NCBI GenBank assembly: GCA_038087875.1
Contig: JAXLNO010000680.1
Coordinates: forward strand, 62,001-126,000
From: Malacoraja senta
Taxonomy: Eukaryota
DNA: 64,000 bases
Direction: 5' to 3'
This document shows positions 12,577 to 25,440 of this stretch, one piece after another (within the stretch, counting starts at the first letter, position 1; the number at the start of each line of letters is the position of its first letter). The translations under genes were made by a program, and so were the position numbers. Under the pieces are notes generated by a model. The model saw only the letters and a program-made list of their open reading frames with translations, ran no database searches and was not told the DNA's origin.

Positions 12577-13211
12577 TAGACAAAAATGCTGGAGAAACTC
12601 AGCGGGTGAGGCAGCATAAATGGAGCGAAGGAATAGGTGATGTTTTGGGTCGAGACCCTTCTTCAGACTGAGATGGGGGGCTGGGGGGGGGGGGGGCGGG
12701 AAGAAGCAAGAGACGGAGACAGTGGGCTGTGGGAGAGCTGGGAAGGGGAGAGGAAAGAAGGAGAAGGCAAGGACTACCTGAAATTGGAGAAGTAAATGTT
12801 CATACCGCTGGGGTGTAAACTGCCCAAGCGGAATATGAGGTGCTGCTCCTCCAATTTACGGTGGGCCTCACTCTGGCCATGGAGGAGGCCCAGGACAGAA
12901 AGGTCGGATTCGGAATGGGAGGGGGAGTTGAAGTGCTGAGCCACCGGGAGATCAGGTTGGTTAATGCGGACCGAGCGGAGGTGTTGGGTGAAACGATGGC
13001 CAAGCCTACGCTTGGTCTCACCGATGTAGAGCAGCTGACATCTAGAGCAGCGGATGCAATAGATGAGGTTGGAGGAGGTGCAGGTGAACCTCTGCCGCAC
13101 CTGGAACGACTGCTTGTGTCCTTGAATGGAGTCGAGGGGGGAGGTAAAGCGATAAGTGTAGCATTTCCTGCGGTTACGGAGGGAGCGGTCTCTGTGGAAA
13201 GCCGGACCATA
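12577..13211 (-). mobile_element. Penelope-like retroelement (Neptune-type), 5'-truncated, with GIY-YIG endonuclease remnant and pLTR hammerhead-like motif
   Basis: ORF 12774-13214(-) reads ...FTCTSSNLIYCIRCSRCQLLYIGETKRRLGHRFTQHLRS...VAQHFN...LEEQHLIFRLGSLHPSGMN. It is flanked by a perfect 12-bp direct repeat catgatgcaagg (12565-12576, 13212-13223). Confidence 0.9.
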
Positions 13212-14189
13212 CATGATGCAAGGGTTACTTGAAGTTAGAAAAATCAGTGTTCATACCGCTGGGTTGTAAGTGGCCCAAGCGAAATATGAGGTGGTGTTTC
13301 ACCACGGGTTTTGGCTTTGGGATCTGTATCTCAGTTCCCTTTAGTTTATTGTCACCAGTACCGAGGTGTAGTGAAAAGCTTTTATTGCATGCCAACCAGT
13401 CAGCACAAAGACAATACACCTGAGGTCAGGATTGAACCCGACTCTCTGGCGCGGTGAGGCACCAACTCTACTGGAGCGACTGGGCTTGAATTCGCTGGAA
13501 TTTAGAAGGCTGAGAGGGAATCTTATGGAAACATATACAATTCCTCGAGGACTGGACAGGCTAGATGCTGGAAAAATGGTCCCGATGTTGGGGGAGTACA
13601 GAACCAGGGATCACACAGTTTAAGAACAAGGGGTCGACCATTTAGGACTGAGATGAGGAAAACCCTTCTCACCCAGAGAGTTGTGAATGTGTGGAATTCT
13701 CTGCCACAGAAGGCAGTGGAGGCCAATTCACTGGATGTTTTCAAGAGAGAGTTAGATTTAGCTCTTGGGGCTAACGGACTGAAGGGATATGGGGAGAATA
13801 CTGATTGTGGATGATCAACCATGATCACATTGAATGGCAGTGCTGGCTCGAAGTGCCGAATGGCCTACTCCTGCACCTATTGTCTATGTTTCTAATCCAG
13901 CGGGTCAGGCAACACCTCTGGAGAAAAGGAATAGGTGACGTTTCTTCAGACTGAAAGAGGGGAATGGGGGGATCATATTGAATGGCGGTGCTGGCTAAGT
14001 CTCTATTGAAAACATCCGGTGAATTGGCCTCCACAGCCTTCTGGGTGAGGAAGTTTTTCCTCACCTCAGTCCTAAATGGCCTTCCCCCTATTCTTAAAGT
14101 GTGACTCCTGGTTCTGGGCTCCCCCAACATTGGGAACATTTTTCCTGCATCTACCCTGTCCGACCAATCCTTTAAGAAATAGGATGGGT

Positions 14190-14217
14190 GACGTTTCGGG
14201 TTGGAACCCTTCTTCAG
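14190..14217 (-). ncRNA. Hammerhead-like motif with compensatory stem II
   Basis: The minus strand reads CTGAAGAAGGGTTCCAACCCGAAACGTC, with stem GGGTT/AACCC replacing GGGTC/GACCC. Confidence 0.62.
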
Positions 14218-14572
14218 ACTGGGGAAGTCTGAAGAAGGGTTCCCACCCAAAACGTCACCTATCCATGTCCTCCGGAGATGCTGCCTGACCCGCTGAGTTA
14301 CTCCAGCACTTTTGGAACTGCACCGTATTGGTCGCATGGTTTATTATCCAGAGACAGAGCATGCTAACCAGACGGATCACACAACACATAGTGCAAACGG
14401 AGCACACACAAGTACGACACAAAACGCTGGAGTCACTCAGCGGGACGGGCAGCATCTCCGGAGAGAAGGAATGGGTGACGTTTCGGCTCGAGACCCTTCT
14501 TAAGTCTGAATCAGACGGCTGTGGAGGGCAAGTCATTGGGCATTTTTAAGGCAGAATCTTGATTAGTTCAGT

Positions 14573-14600
14573 CTGAAGAAGGGTCTCGACCCGAAACGTC
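14573..14600 (+). ncRNA. Minimal hammerhead-ribozyme-like motif (Penelope pLTR type)
   Basis: CTGAAGA-A-GGGTC-TC-GACCC-GAAA-CG-TC gives a CUGANGA box, stem II, GAAA box, palindromic ACGU in place of helix III, and a UC putative cleavage site. Activity is not shown. Confidence 0.7.
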
Positions 14601-15194
14601 ACCCATTCCTTCTCTCCAGAGACGCTGCCTGTCCCGCTGAGCTACTCCAGCGTTTTGTGTCTATCTTCGAATTAAGGCAGCATCTGCAGTTCTTTCCTCC
14701 ACACACCAGTGCAACAGGTGGTGCAAAAAGAGAAGGAAAGAGAAAGAAAAAGAGTGCATAATATAGCAGAGAAAGTGTTGATTTAAAAAAAAAAAAAGTG
14801 CAGGGGTGCAACGAGGTAGGTTGGGAGATCGTGAAAACTTCCTTAGCTTACGAGAGGTCCTTTCAGGAGTGTGTTAACAGCGGGGTTAGCTGTTGCTGTC
14901 GAATCTGGTGGTACGAAGCTTCATAGTTTGGCATCTTCCATCAGACAGCAGAGGGGAGGAGAGAGAGAGAGAGAGAGAGAGAGTGGTCCTTGGTGATGTC
15001 GGCTGCTTTCCCGAGGTGGCGTGAACATTAGATGGAGTTGACAGTAGGGTGGCCGTCAGTGCGGTGGGACTGGGCTGCGTCCACGACTCTGCGCGATCAC
15101 CCGCGGGCCTTGGTCCAAATAGTTGCCAAGGCAAGCAGTGATCTATCTCCGATAGGATGCTCTCTACGTTGCATCTGCAGGAATCAGCAGGAGT

Positions 15195-15570
15195 CACTGG
15201 AGATGAGCCAAATTTCCTTATTAATCTATCTCATCTACTGTATCTGTTGTTCAAGATGTGGACTCTTATACATCTGCCGACCAAAGCTAGACTGGGCGAT
15301 CGTTTCGCTGAACACCTTCGCTCAGCCCGCCTGAACCTACCTGATCTCCCAGGTTGCCGAACACTTTCATTCTCCCGAAGAAGGGTCTCGACCCGAAACG
15401 TCGCCTATTTCCTTCGCTCCATAGATGCTGCCTCACCCGCTGAGTTTCTCCATCATTTTGTGTCTACCTTCGATTTTCCAGCATCTGCAGTTCCTTCTTA
15501 AACTTCCATTCTCCTTCCCATTCCCTCACTGACCTTTCTGTCCTGGGCCTCCTCCGCTGTCAGAGCGAGA
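15195..15570 (+). mobile_element. Penelope-like fragment interrupted by a short pLTR insertion
   Basis: Encodes LIYCICCSRCGLLYI and RLGDRFAEHLRSARLNLPDLP. An insert at 15376-15501 is flanked by actt(t/c)cattctcc. Confidence 0.8.
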
Positions 15571-15574
15571 CTAT

Positions 15575-16103
15575 GAATTGACTGGGAATCTTATTGAAAC
15601 ATATAAGATTATTAATGGATTGGACACTATCCTACACACACCAGAGACAATTACACGTATACCAAGCCAATTGGCATACAAACGGCTGGGCTTGAACACT
15701 CTGGAATTTAGAAGGATGAGAGGGCATCTCATTGAAACATATAAGATTATTAAGGGATTGGACACGCTGGAGGCAGGAAACATGTCTCCAATGTTGGGGG
15801 AGTCCAGAACCAGGGGCCACAGTTTCAGAATAAGGGGTCGGCCACTTAGGACTGAGATGAGGAAAAACGTTTTCACCCAGAGAGTTGTGAATCTGTGGAA
15901 TTCTCTGCCTCAGAAGGCAGTGGAGGCCAATTCACTGGATACTTTCAAGAGAGAGTTAGATGGAGCTCTTGAAGATAGCGGAGTCAAGGGGATATGGGGA
16001 GAAGGCAGGAACGGGGTACTGAATGCGGATGGTCAGCGTGAATGGCGGTGGTGCTGGCTCGAAGGGCCGAATGGCCTACTCCAGCACCTATTGTCTATTG
16101 TCT
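15575..16103 (+). mobile_element. CR1-clade LINE 3' fragment
   Basis: ORF 15578-16135 has LEFRRMRGHLIETYKIIKG...VFTQRVVNLWNSLP. Confidence 0.85.
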
Positions 16104-16659
16104 GCCTTCCCATTACTTTGCGAATTAGTGCATAGACTGGTTAAGACTCAAGCATGTTGACCTAAAATCAGATAGGAATGTGAATCCTCACAGAAATAGT
16201 CCCTCAGACACCCACTCACACCGATCCCATTTTATTCTCTCCACCTTCCCACCGTCTCAACTCCTTCCCGAGATACTGCCCCCTCACCGGAACACTGGGG
16301 GCGATTCACAGCAGCCATTTAACCCTCCGATCTGCAGAGACCCGGGTTCGATCCGACCACGGCTGCTGTGTGTATGTGTGTGTGTGTGGAGTTTGTACCT
16401 TCTCCCCGTGACCCCGTGGGTTTTCTCCGGTTTCCTCCCACACCCCAGAGGCGTGCCGGGTTTGTCGGTTAATTGGCTTCCGTTCGTTGTAAATTGTCCC
16501 CCGGTGGGTGTAGGAGACTGCCAGTGGTCGGCACGGACTCGGTGGGCCGAAGGGCCTGTTTACCTGCTGAATCCCGGAAACTCTAAAGCCTAACGTTTTT
16601 GCAATGAGGGAGGAAAGCGGAGCACCAGGAACCAGGTTACAGGGAGAAGGTACAATTGA

Positions 16660-17157
16660 TTTGTGTTGGAAGGAACCGCAGATGCTGGTTGAGACCAAAG
16701 ACAGACACAAAATGGTGGGGTAACTCAGGCAGCATCTCTGGAGAGAAGGAATGGGTGACGTTTCGGGACGAGACCCTCTTCAGCCCACTGTTTCTCTAAC
16801 ATCAAGTAATCCCGGCATCCCCCCTCTCCCACCCAAGTCGTTACCAGCTTCTAAGTCATCTTGTTGAGTCTCATTGTCTGTACCTGTTTTCACCTAGCCC
16901 CAACAGCTAATAATGGCCTGTTTCCCTGTATGATCATTACTTTTTAGCATATCTTTCATTCATTTGTTCTATATCTCTCCACATCACCGTCTATATCTCT
17001 CGTTTCACCTCTCCCCCGACTCTCAGTCTGTAAGAAGGGTCTCGACCCGAAACGTCACCCATTCCTTCTCTCCAGAGATGCTGCCCATCCCGCTGAGTTA
17101 CTCCAGCATTTTGTGTCTATCTTCGGTGTGAACCAGCGTCTGCGGTTCCTTCCTGCA
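16660..17157. mobile_element. Penelope-derived insertion with inverted pLTR arrangement
   Basis: A minus-strand pLTR (16660-16783) is followed by a plus-strand 3' region and pLTR (to 17157). Similar inverted arrangements occur at 14417-14700, 19665-20090, 21550-21750, 22748-23205, 43180-43400 and 48915-49080. Confidence 0.78.
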
Positions 17158-18164
17158 CTCCACAGTTGAACTCCTTTGAGCTCCCCATATAATTTAACAA
17201 CTTTAGACCAAGCCAGTTTGGTGGCGTTTCAAGAAATGCTGGAAAGCGGTTAGGTTGGGTGGGAGGAAGCTCTACCAGTCCATTTTATGGACATGACAGC
17301 TATCCAAGGAGCCAACTCCCACATATGTTCCATTTCCTTGGTCACACACTTGCGTCAACCTTGGGCATGCATTACTGCCCCTCTACAGAAAACTTCAAGG
17401 CAAGAATGGACCATTCAGCCCTCATGCCTAATCTGCATTAGATTAAGTGTCATCTACTCCGCATCTCCAAGCCAATTTAGCTACCTTCATTGCGTTGTTT
17501 ACAAATTCATCTTAGTTTGGAGATACAGCGCAGAAACCAGGTCTGTCAGCCCACGACAACCAGCGATCCCCGCACACTAACATTACCCTCTAGGTAAAGT
17601 CTGGTTAAACATAGCTCGAGGGTCTCTGAATGGGTTAGATGTGAGGTCGGGACTGCTCTCTGGTTGGTGAGCGGAGGGTTCCGTTTAGTTAAGTTTAGCT
17701 TAGAGATACAGCGCAGAAACAGGCCCTTCGGCCCACCCCGACCACCGATCCCCGCACACTAACACTACCCTACACGCACGAGGGACAATTTCACATTTAC
17801 ACCAAGCCAATTAACCTATCCAGAGATGCTGCCTGAGTTACTCCAGCGTTTTGTGTCTATATTTGGTGTAACCCAGCACCTGCAGTTCCTTCCTACACAA
17901 AGCTCACTAGAGAGCCAATATTCCCCTAAGATTCAAACATCTAATAGGAGCTGCTGTCCCCTGATTGACCTGAGAATTATTAGCAATCACTCTCTAACCC
18001 GAAAATCTGGTAAAAAAAAAAATCAATTAGGCCCCCTAGTAATCCACGAATCTGGTGAAAATAGTCGACGTCTGATTGACCTGAAAAATCAAATACCATC
18101 TGAAGAAGGGTCTCGGCCCGAAAGGTCACCCATTCCTTCGCTCCAGAGATGCTGCCTGTCCCAC

Positions 18165-18442
18165 CTAGTTTAGTTTGGAGATACAGCGTGGAAACAGGCC
18201 CTTCGGCCCAGCGAGTCCGGGGCCGACCAGCGATCCCCGCACACTAACACCAGGGACAATTTTACATTTACACCAAGCCAATTAATCTACAAACCTGCAC
18301 GTCTTTGGAGCGCGGGAGGAAACTGGAAATCTCGGTGGTCACGGGGAGAAGGTACAAACTCCGTACAGTCAGCGCCCGTGGTCAGGATGGAACCCCGGGT
18401 CTCTGGCGCTGAGAGGCAGCAACTCTACCGCTGCTCCACCAC
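18165..18442 (-). mobile_element. HE1-like V-SINE
   Basis: Same structure. Confidence 0.82.
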
Positions 18443-18889
18443 ACCTGAAGCTAATCGATTTATTGTCCAAATCCCTCTGGCTTTCCATTTCCTCTCCTTC
18501 AAGACATGACATAATTGAAGGTACACGAAATTGCTGGAGAAACTCAGCGGGTGCAGCAGCATCTACGGAGTGAAGGAAATAGGCAACGTTTCGGGCCCAA
18601 ACCCTTCTTCAGACTGACATAATTAAACCCTGCCACTGCCAAGGTTTTGGTTGTTGTTCCCAAGTGCTCCTCATGCGGTTTCAATTCATCTAATAGCCCC
18701 CCCCCCCCCCCTTGTTAAGTGCTGACATGTTTTTACTGTTAATGCCGTTGTTGTCAGAATGGAGGTTGCTGCCGACATTAAGCAGTGTTTTGAGAACTTT
18801 TTCACAAGCTTCATTTAGACTTTACAGACACAGGCATGGGGGTCACAGAGAGAACGGCAAACTCCGCACAGTGGTTAGTTTAGTTTAGA

Positions 18890-19320
18890 GATACAGCGCG
18901 GAAACAGGCCCTTCGGCCCAACTTGCCCACGCCGGCCAACATGTCCCAGCTACACTAGTCCCACCTGCCAGCATTTGGCCCACAACCTGTCCTATCCATG
19001 TACCTGTTGGGATAGTCCCAGCCTCAACTACCTCCTCTGGCAGCTCGTTCCATACACCCACCACCCTTTGTGTGAAAAAGTTACCCCTCAGATTCCTATT
19101 AAATCGTTTCCCCTTCACCTTGAACCTGTGTCCTCTGGTCCTCGATTCCCCAACTCTGGGCAAGAGACTCTGTGCATCTACCCGATCTATTCCTCTCATG
19201 ATTTTATACACCGCTATAAGATCCCCCCTCATCCTCCTGCGCTCCATGGAATAGAGACCCAACCTGCTCAACCTCTCCCTGTAGCTCACACCCTCTAGTC
19301 CTGGCAACATCCTCGTAAAT
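18890..19320 (-). mobile_element. CR1-clade LINE 3' fragment
   Basis: ORF 18885-19310(-). Confidence 0.88.
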
Positions 19321-20274
19321 CAAAGTCACTTGAACTTAGACAAATCAATAATCATACCGCTGGGTTGTAAGCTGCCCAAGCGAAATATGAAGTTCCGTTC
19401 CTCCAGGGGTTCTAGCTTTCTCAGGTCAGTTCAGTTTAGTTTATTGTCACATGTACCGAGGTACAGTGAAAAGCTTTTGTTGCGTGCTAACCAGTCAGCG
19501 GAAATACAATACATGATTACAATCGAGCCATTTACAGTGTACAGATACATGATAAGGGAATAACATTTAGTGCAAGGACTTCACACAAGTATGGAACAAG
19601 CTACCCGGAGGAGGTAGGTGAGGCAGGGACTATCCCAGCATTTGAGAAACAGTTGGTCAGCTAATCACAAAACGCTGGAGTAACTCAGCGGGACAGGCAG
19701 CATCTCTGGAGAGAAGGAATGGGTGACATTTCGGGTCGAGACCCTTCTTCAGGCTGACGTCAGGTGCAGAGGGAGATACAGAGATAAGGAAGGGTAAGGT
19801 GTGAAAACGAGACAAAGGGGACGGCGATCAAGGAGCATGTAGAATAGATCATTGGTTGCTGGGAGAAGGTGACAAGGAAGCAAAGTAAAGCCAAGAGATA
19901 AGAAAGGAAACACAAAATGCTGGAGTAACTCAGTTAGGATAAGGAATGGGTGACGTTTCGGGTCGACACCCTTCAACAGACTGAACGTCACCCATTCCTT
20001 CTCTCCGGAGAAGCTGCCTGTCCCGCTGAGTTACTCCAGCATTTTATGTCTACCTTTGATTTAACCCGGCATCTGCAGTTCTTTCCTCAACAGAGATAAG
20101 ATAATAATACATTGTATTGTATATAGCGCTTTTCAGGACTCAAAGTCGCTTAGATGTAGTTGGCGACAGTCAGACTGCTCAGAGGCCTGGGATGGGGGAG
20201 TGATGGAGAGAGAGGGAAAGCAAGGGTTAGACAGGTAATGGATAGGAACTCATGAGAGGAATAGATCGGGTAGA

Positions 20275-21097
20275 TTGTGGATAAATGTGAGGTTATCCAT
20301 TTTGGTGGCAAAAACGGGAAGGCAGACTATTATCTAAATGGTGGCCGATTAGGAAAAGGGGAGATGCAGCGAGACCTGGGTGTCATGGTATACCAGTCAT
20401 TGAAAGTAGGCATGCAGGTGCAGCAGGCAGTGAAGAAAGCGAATGGTATGTTAGCTTTCATAGCAAAAGGATTTGAGTATAGGAGCAGGGAGGTTCTACT
20501 GCAGTTGTACAGGGTCTTGGTGAGACCACACCTGGAGTATTGCGTACAGTTTTGGTCTCCCAATCTGAGGAAGGACATTATAGCCATAGAGGAGTGCAGA
20601 GGAGGTTCACCAGACTGATTCCTGGGATGTCAGGTCTTTCATATGAAGAAAGACTGGATAGACTTGGCTTATACTCGCTAGAATTTAGGAGATTGAGAGG
20701 GGATCTTATAGAAACGTACAAAATTCTTATGGGGTTGGACAGGCTAGATGCAGGAAGATTGTTCCCGATGTTGGGGAAGTCCAGGACAAGGGGTCACAGC
20801 TTAAGGATAAGGGGGAAATCCTTTAAGACCGAGATGAGAAAAACCTTTTTCACACAGAGAGTGGTGAATCTCTGGAACTCTCTGCCACAGAGGGTAGTTG
20901 AGGCCAGTTCATTGGCTATATTTAAGAGGGAGTTAGATGTGGCCCTTGTGGCTAAAGGGATCAGGGGGTATGGAGAGAAGGCAGGTACGGGATGCTGAGT
21001 TGGATGATCAGCCATGATCATATTGAATGGCGGTGCAGGCTCGAAGGGCCGAATGGCCTACTCCTGCACCTATTTTCTATGTATCTATGTATCTATG
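20275..21097 (+). mobile_element. CR1-clade LINE, young subfamily, ~820 bp
   Basis: ORFs 20277-20618 and 20540-20998 (one frameshift) have KCEVIHFG...RDLGV...LVRPHLEYCVQFWSP. It ends in a (TTCTATGT)-like tail. Confidence 0.92.
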
Positions 21098-21852
21098 TAG
21101 CCCATTGTTAGGTGATTCGAGGACCAGAGGACATAGGTTCAAGGTGAAGGGGAAAAGATTGAATAGGCATATAGGCACAGAGGGTGGTGGGTGTAGGGGA
21201 CAAGCTGCTGGAGGAGGTAGTTGAGGCTGGGACTATCCCAACGTTTAAGAAACAGACAGGTACATGGATAGGACAGGTTTGGAGGGATATGGGCCAAGCG
21301 CAGGCAGGTGGGACTAGTGCAGCTGGGACATTGTTGGCCAGAGTGGGCAAGTTGGGCCGAAGGGCTTGTTTCCACACTGTCTCACCCGATGACACTATGA
21401 GAGTTGGCAGAGTCACAGAGTCAAATTCCTATATGTTGTCACCAGCGAATCCTTCAAGGCCACTCTCTGACCCCATGCAGATGCTGGTTGAAACCAAAGA
21501 GTAGACACAAAAAAAGCCAAATCACCCCACGACTAAGGACGTTTAATGAATAGACACAAACAGCTGGAGCAACTCAGCGGGACAGGCAGCATCGCTCGAG
21601 AGAAGGAACGGGTGACGTTTCGGGTCGAGTCTGAAGAAGGGCCTCGACCCGAGATATCACCCCATTCCCTCTCTCCAGAGATGCTGCCCGTCCCGCTGAG
21701 TTACTCCATCTTGTTGTGTCTATCTTCGGTGTAAAAACCAGCGTCTGTAATTCCTTCGAAGATAGACACAAAACCAACAGTGGAGGAGGCCCAGGACAGA
21801 AAGGTCAGTGTGGGAACGGGAGGGGAGTTGAAGTGTTTGGCAACCGGGAGAT

Positions 21853-22052
21853 NNNNNNNNNNNNNNNNNNNNNNNNNNNNNNNNNNNNNNNNNNNNNNNN
21901 NNNNNNNNNNNNNNNNNNNNNNNNNNNNNNNNNNNNNNNNNNNNNNNNNNNNNNNNNNNNNNNNNNNNNNNNNNNNNNNNNNNNNNNNNNNNNNNNNNNN
22001 NNNNNNNNNNNNNNNNNNNNNNNNNNNNNNNNNNNNNNNNNNNNNNNNNNNN
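21853..22052. other. Assembly gap (200 N)
   Basis: Run of exactly 200 N. A Penelope fragment ends at the left edge and an unrelated DNA-transposon fragment starts at the right edge. Confidence 0.99.
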
Positions 22053-22638
22053 CTTCATGCTCGAGAGTGGTTCCCCGCGTACTCGAGGCCTCAGCTAGGT
22101 TGCGGCGTATTTTTCAACATGTTGAAAAATGCCCGCGAGTAAAAAAAGGTCGCCATGGAAAAAATCTATATTTAGTCGAGGTAGGTCCTAGTAGGTAGTT
22201 GAAGTCAATCGAAGTTAACCGAAGGTCGTCGAAGATAAAGATAAAGGTAAGTAAACCGACCGGTAATGTTAAATTCCCACTAAACTTTATTAAACGTTGT
22301 CTGGCTTCTTAAAAGTGTCTCCACTCCTTCTCTCCCCTTATCTCCCCCCTCTCTCCCCTCCTCTCCCCCCCCCCCCCCCCCGCGCTCTCTAAAGGACTTA
22401 GCGTACACTGTGCAGCCGTCTTTTACCTTCCTGTTCATCGCGGGTGTGAAATTCAGACAGCGCTCCCCCGCTTTCCCTGGCCCCCGCCTTTGCGATGTGA
22501 GTGTGTGTGCGGACGGTTGATCCGGCTCGCGGTTTCATCGCCGACGGTCGATCCAGCTCGACGGTTTTCCAGGCGAGTGCCCTCGAGCTCGAAGGTCGAA
22601 GACAGTCGCTGAAAGGTCGCGTCAGTGGGACAGCCCCT
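22053..22638. mobile_element. Same Harbinger-like family, opposite orientation, truncated by the gap
   Basis: Ends gtgggacagcccct|TAA. Its right part is the reverse complement of the start of the 27407 copy. Confidence 0.8.
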
Positions 22639-23319
22639 TAACGCTCCAGGACCAAGATCTGTGGGAAGTCAATTGTGTCGCCTAGTTTTGATGTCTAAAG
22701 TTTTTCCAAAACACCAATACACTGGTTCAGATAACGCAACAGTATGCATATAGACACAAAATGCTGGAGTAACAGGCAACATCTCTGGAGAGAAGGAATG
22801 GGAGACGTTTCGGGCCGGGACCCTTCTTATGAATATTGACTTCTCTAACTTCAAGTAACCCTTGCATCCCCCCACCTCTCTCTCCAACCCTCCCTCACCC
22901 AAGCTTCAAAGTCATCTTGTTGAGTCTCATTGTAAGTAACCTGTTTTCACCTAGCCCACAGCTAACAATGGCCTTTCTTTATCATCATCACTTTTTTGCA
23001 TATCTTTCATTCATTTGTTCTATATGTCACTCTACATCACTCTATATCTCTCGTTTCCCTCTCCCGCTGACTCTCAGTCCGAAGAAGGGTCTCGACCCGA
23101 AACGCCACCTATTCCTTATCTCCAGAGATGCTGCCTGTCCCGCTGAGTTACTCCAGGGTCTTGTGTCGACGGTTTAAACCAGCGTCCGCAGTTCTTTCCG
23201 ACACATTGGTAGTCCATTTAATCAGGTTAGATATGCAGTATGTTGCAATCAGGATGAGGTAGGAATGATTGGGATAGTTGGGAAATAGATGGAATGGTAG
23301 TCGGACAATTTATTAGTAA

Positions 23320-23981
23320 AGCCCCTGTCCCACTTTCACGACCTAATTGGCGACCTCTGCCGAGTTTGCCCTTGACTCATACTCGCAGCATGGTGGCCAC
23401 GAGGTTGTAGGAGGTCTTCGTAACTCTTCCTCATGCTCGTGAGTGGTCTCCGCGTACTCGTGGCCTCAAGTAGGTCGCGGCGTTTTTTCCAGCCTGATCA
23501 AAAATGTCCACGAGTAAAAAAAACATTGGCATGGAAAAAATGGATGCTTTTTACTCGTAGGTAGGTCGTAGGTTGGTCGTAGTCGGCCGTGATGGTAGTC
23601 GTAGACAGTCGTGGGTCGGTAACTGGCCCGAGGAAAAAAATGCAAACTTGACGTCATTTTATTATGTAATCATTTTCACTCGTAGCTAGTCGTAGTTGGT
23701 CTTAGGTGTGGAAGACTGAGGTCGGGGGGGGTCGTAGGAGGTCGTAGACATGGTCGTAGGAGGTCGTAGACATAGTCGTAGGAGGTCGTAGACATGGTCG
23801 TAGGCGGTCGTAGACATAGTCGTAGGAGGTCGTAGACATGGTCATAGGAGGTCGTAGACATAGTCGTAGGAGGTCGTAGACATGGTCTTAGGAGGTCATT
23901 TACTTCGGCGAGTCAACACGACCTTGACATTTTTTTCAACTCGCCTAGAGTCTTCTAAACTCGTGGATTAGGTCGTCCAAG
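23320..23981. mobile_element. Related Harbinger-like element, right end damaged
   Basis: Starts TAA|agcccctgtcccac, with subterminal sequence similar to the end of the 27407 copy. Confidence 0.65.
23731..23897. repeat. Minisatellite, 22-bp unit GTCGTAGGAGGTCGTAGACAT(G/A), about 7.5 copies
   Basis: Read directly. The last base alternates G, A, G, A, G, A, G. Confidence 0.95.
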
Positions 23982-24069
23982 ACTGAGGGAAAATTACTGA
24001 TACTTCCGTGAATGGAATAGATTTTCAAGTCTGTTCAAGCTGATTAATAGTTGGGGCTCTGGGTAAGGA

Positions 24070-24548
24070 CGTGGTTAATTCTCGGGATGGTGGGACTGTC
24101 ATATGTTGAAAGAATGGAGCGGCTGGGCTTATATGCACTGGAATTTAGAAGAATGAGAGGGATCTTATTGAAACATATACGATTATTAAGGGTTTGGACA
24201 CGCTAGAGGCAGGAAACATGTTCCCGATGTTGGGGAGTCCAGAACCAGGGGCCACACAGTTTAAGAATAAGGGGTAGGCCATTTAGAACGGAGATGAGGA
24301 AACACTTTCTCACCCAGAGAGTTGTGAATCTGTGGAATTCTCTGACTCAGGAGGCAGTGGAGGCCAATTCATTGGATGTTTTCAAGAGAGCTAGATAGGG
24401 CTCTTAAAGATAGCGGAGTCAGGGGATATGGGGAGAAGGCAGGAACGGGGTACTGATTGGGGATGATCAGCCATGATCACATTGAATGGCGGTGCTGGCT
24501 CGAAGGGCCGAATGGCCTCCTCCTGCACCTATTGTCTATTGTCTATTG
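24070..24548 (+). mobile_element. CR1-clade LINE 3' fragment
   Basis: CR1 ORF2 end plus a (CTATTGT)n tail. Confidence 0.85.
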
Positions 24549-24849
24549 ACATTTGCAGATTGGTAAAGCTAATTGTTGGGAGAGAAATAGCTAAAGAAGT
24601 AAGTAAGAGGTGATGATAGTGGTCATTGAATTCTGTCTTGTGATGAGAAAATAATTGATTATTGGTTTTGTATCATTTTTGACCTCGGGACAAACACAAA
24701 ATGTGATCGTTATTTTGATCTGTGAAACGTTGCTGCCATATTTCAAGCTTGACACAAATTCGGTAAATATTTAAAAAAAAAACAAGTTTAAAATCCAGAG
24801 TATTCTGCAGTAGGACCTAATGTCCCCCAGAACACATCTCCCAACTGGG

Positions 24850-25160
24850 CAGCAAGGTGGCGCAGCGGTAGAGTCGCTGCCTCACAGCGCCAGGGACCCG
24901 AGTTCGATCCCAACCACGGGTGCTGTCTGTAACGAGTTTGTACCTTCTCCCCGTGATCTCCGGTTTCCTCCCACACTCCATAGACGTGCAGGTTTGTCGG
25001 TTAATTGGCTTGGCGTAAATGTAAAATTGTCCCTCGTGTGTGTGTGTGTGTGTGGGGGGGTAACGTTCATGTGCGGGGATGGCTGGTCGGTGTGGACTCA
25101 GTGGGCCGATGGGCCTGTTTCCACAGGCTGTATCTCCAAGCTAAACTAAAATGAAACTAA
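24850..25160 (+). mobile_element. HE1-like V-SINE
   Basis: ggtggcgcagcggtagag...gagttcgatccc...gggcctgtttcc...ctaaactaaa. Confidence 0.82.
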
Positions 25161-25440
25161 CCGAGAATCTGCCTGAGAAATACCCGACGACTTGGCCTCC
25201 ACAGCCGTCTGTGGCAATGAATTCCACAGATTCACCACCCTCTGACGAAAGAAATTCCTCCTCACCTCCATTCTAATTACAGGTAACCAGACGAAACACA
25301 AACCCCTTCTGCCCTATTGGGAAGTCATTAAAAATCCCAGGATACTGTTCAAAATCCCACAGGGCCAGTCTCCAACCAGCTGTTGTCCAAGAAAGAAACC
25401 TCTTCAAACCACGGAGATAGACACAGAGAGGGCCTGTTTC

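Noticed and set aside
20277..20998. CR1, L2 and Penelope ORFs as functional genes
   Set aside because: All are 5'-truncated fragments lacking a complete RT, so no autonomous element is present in the window.
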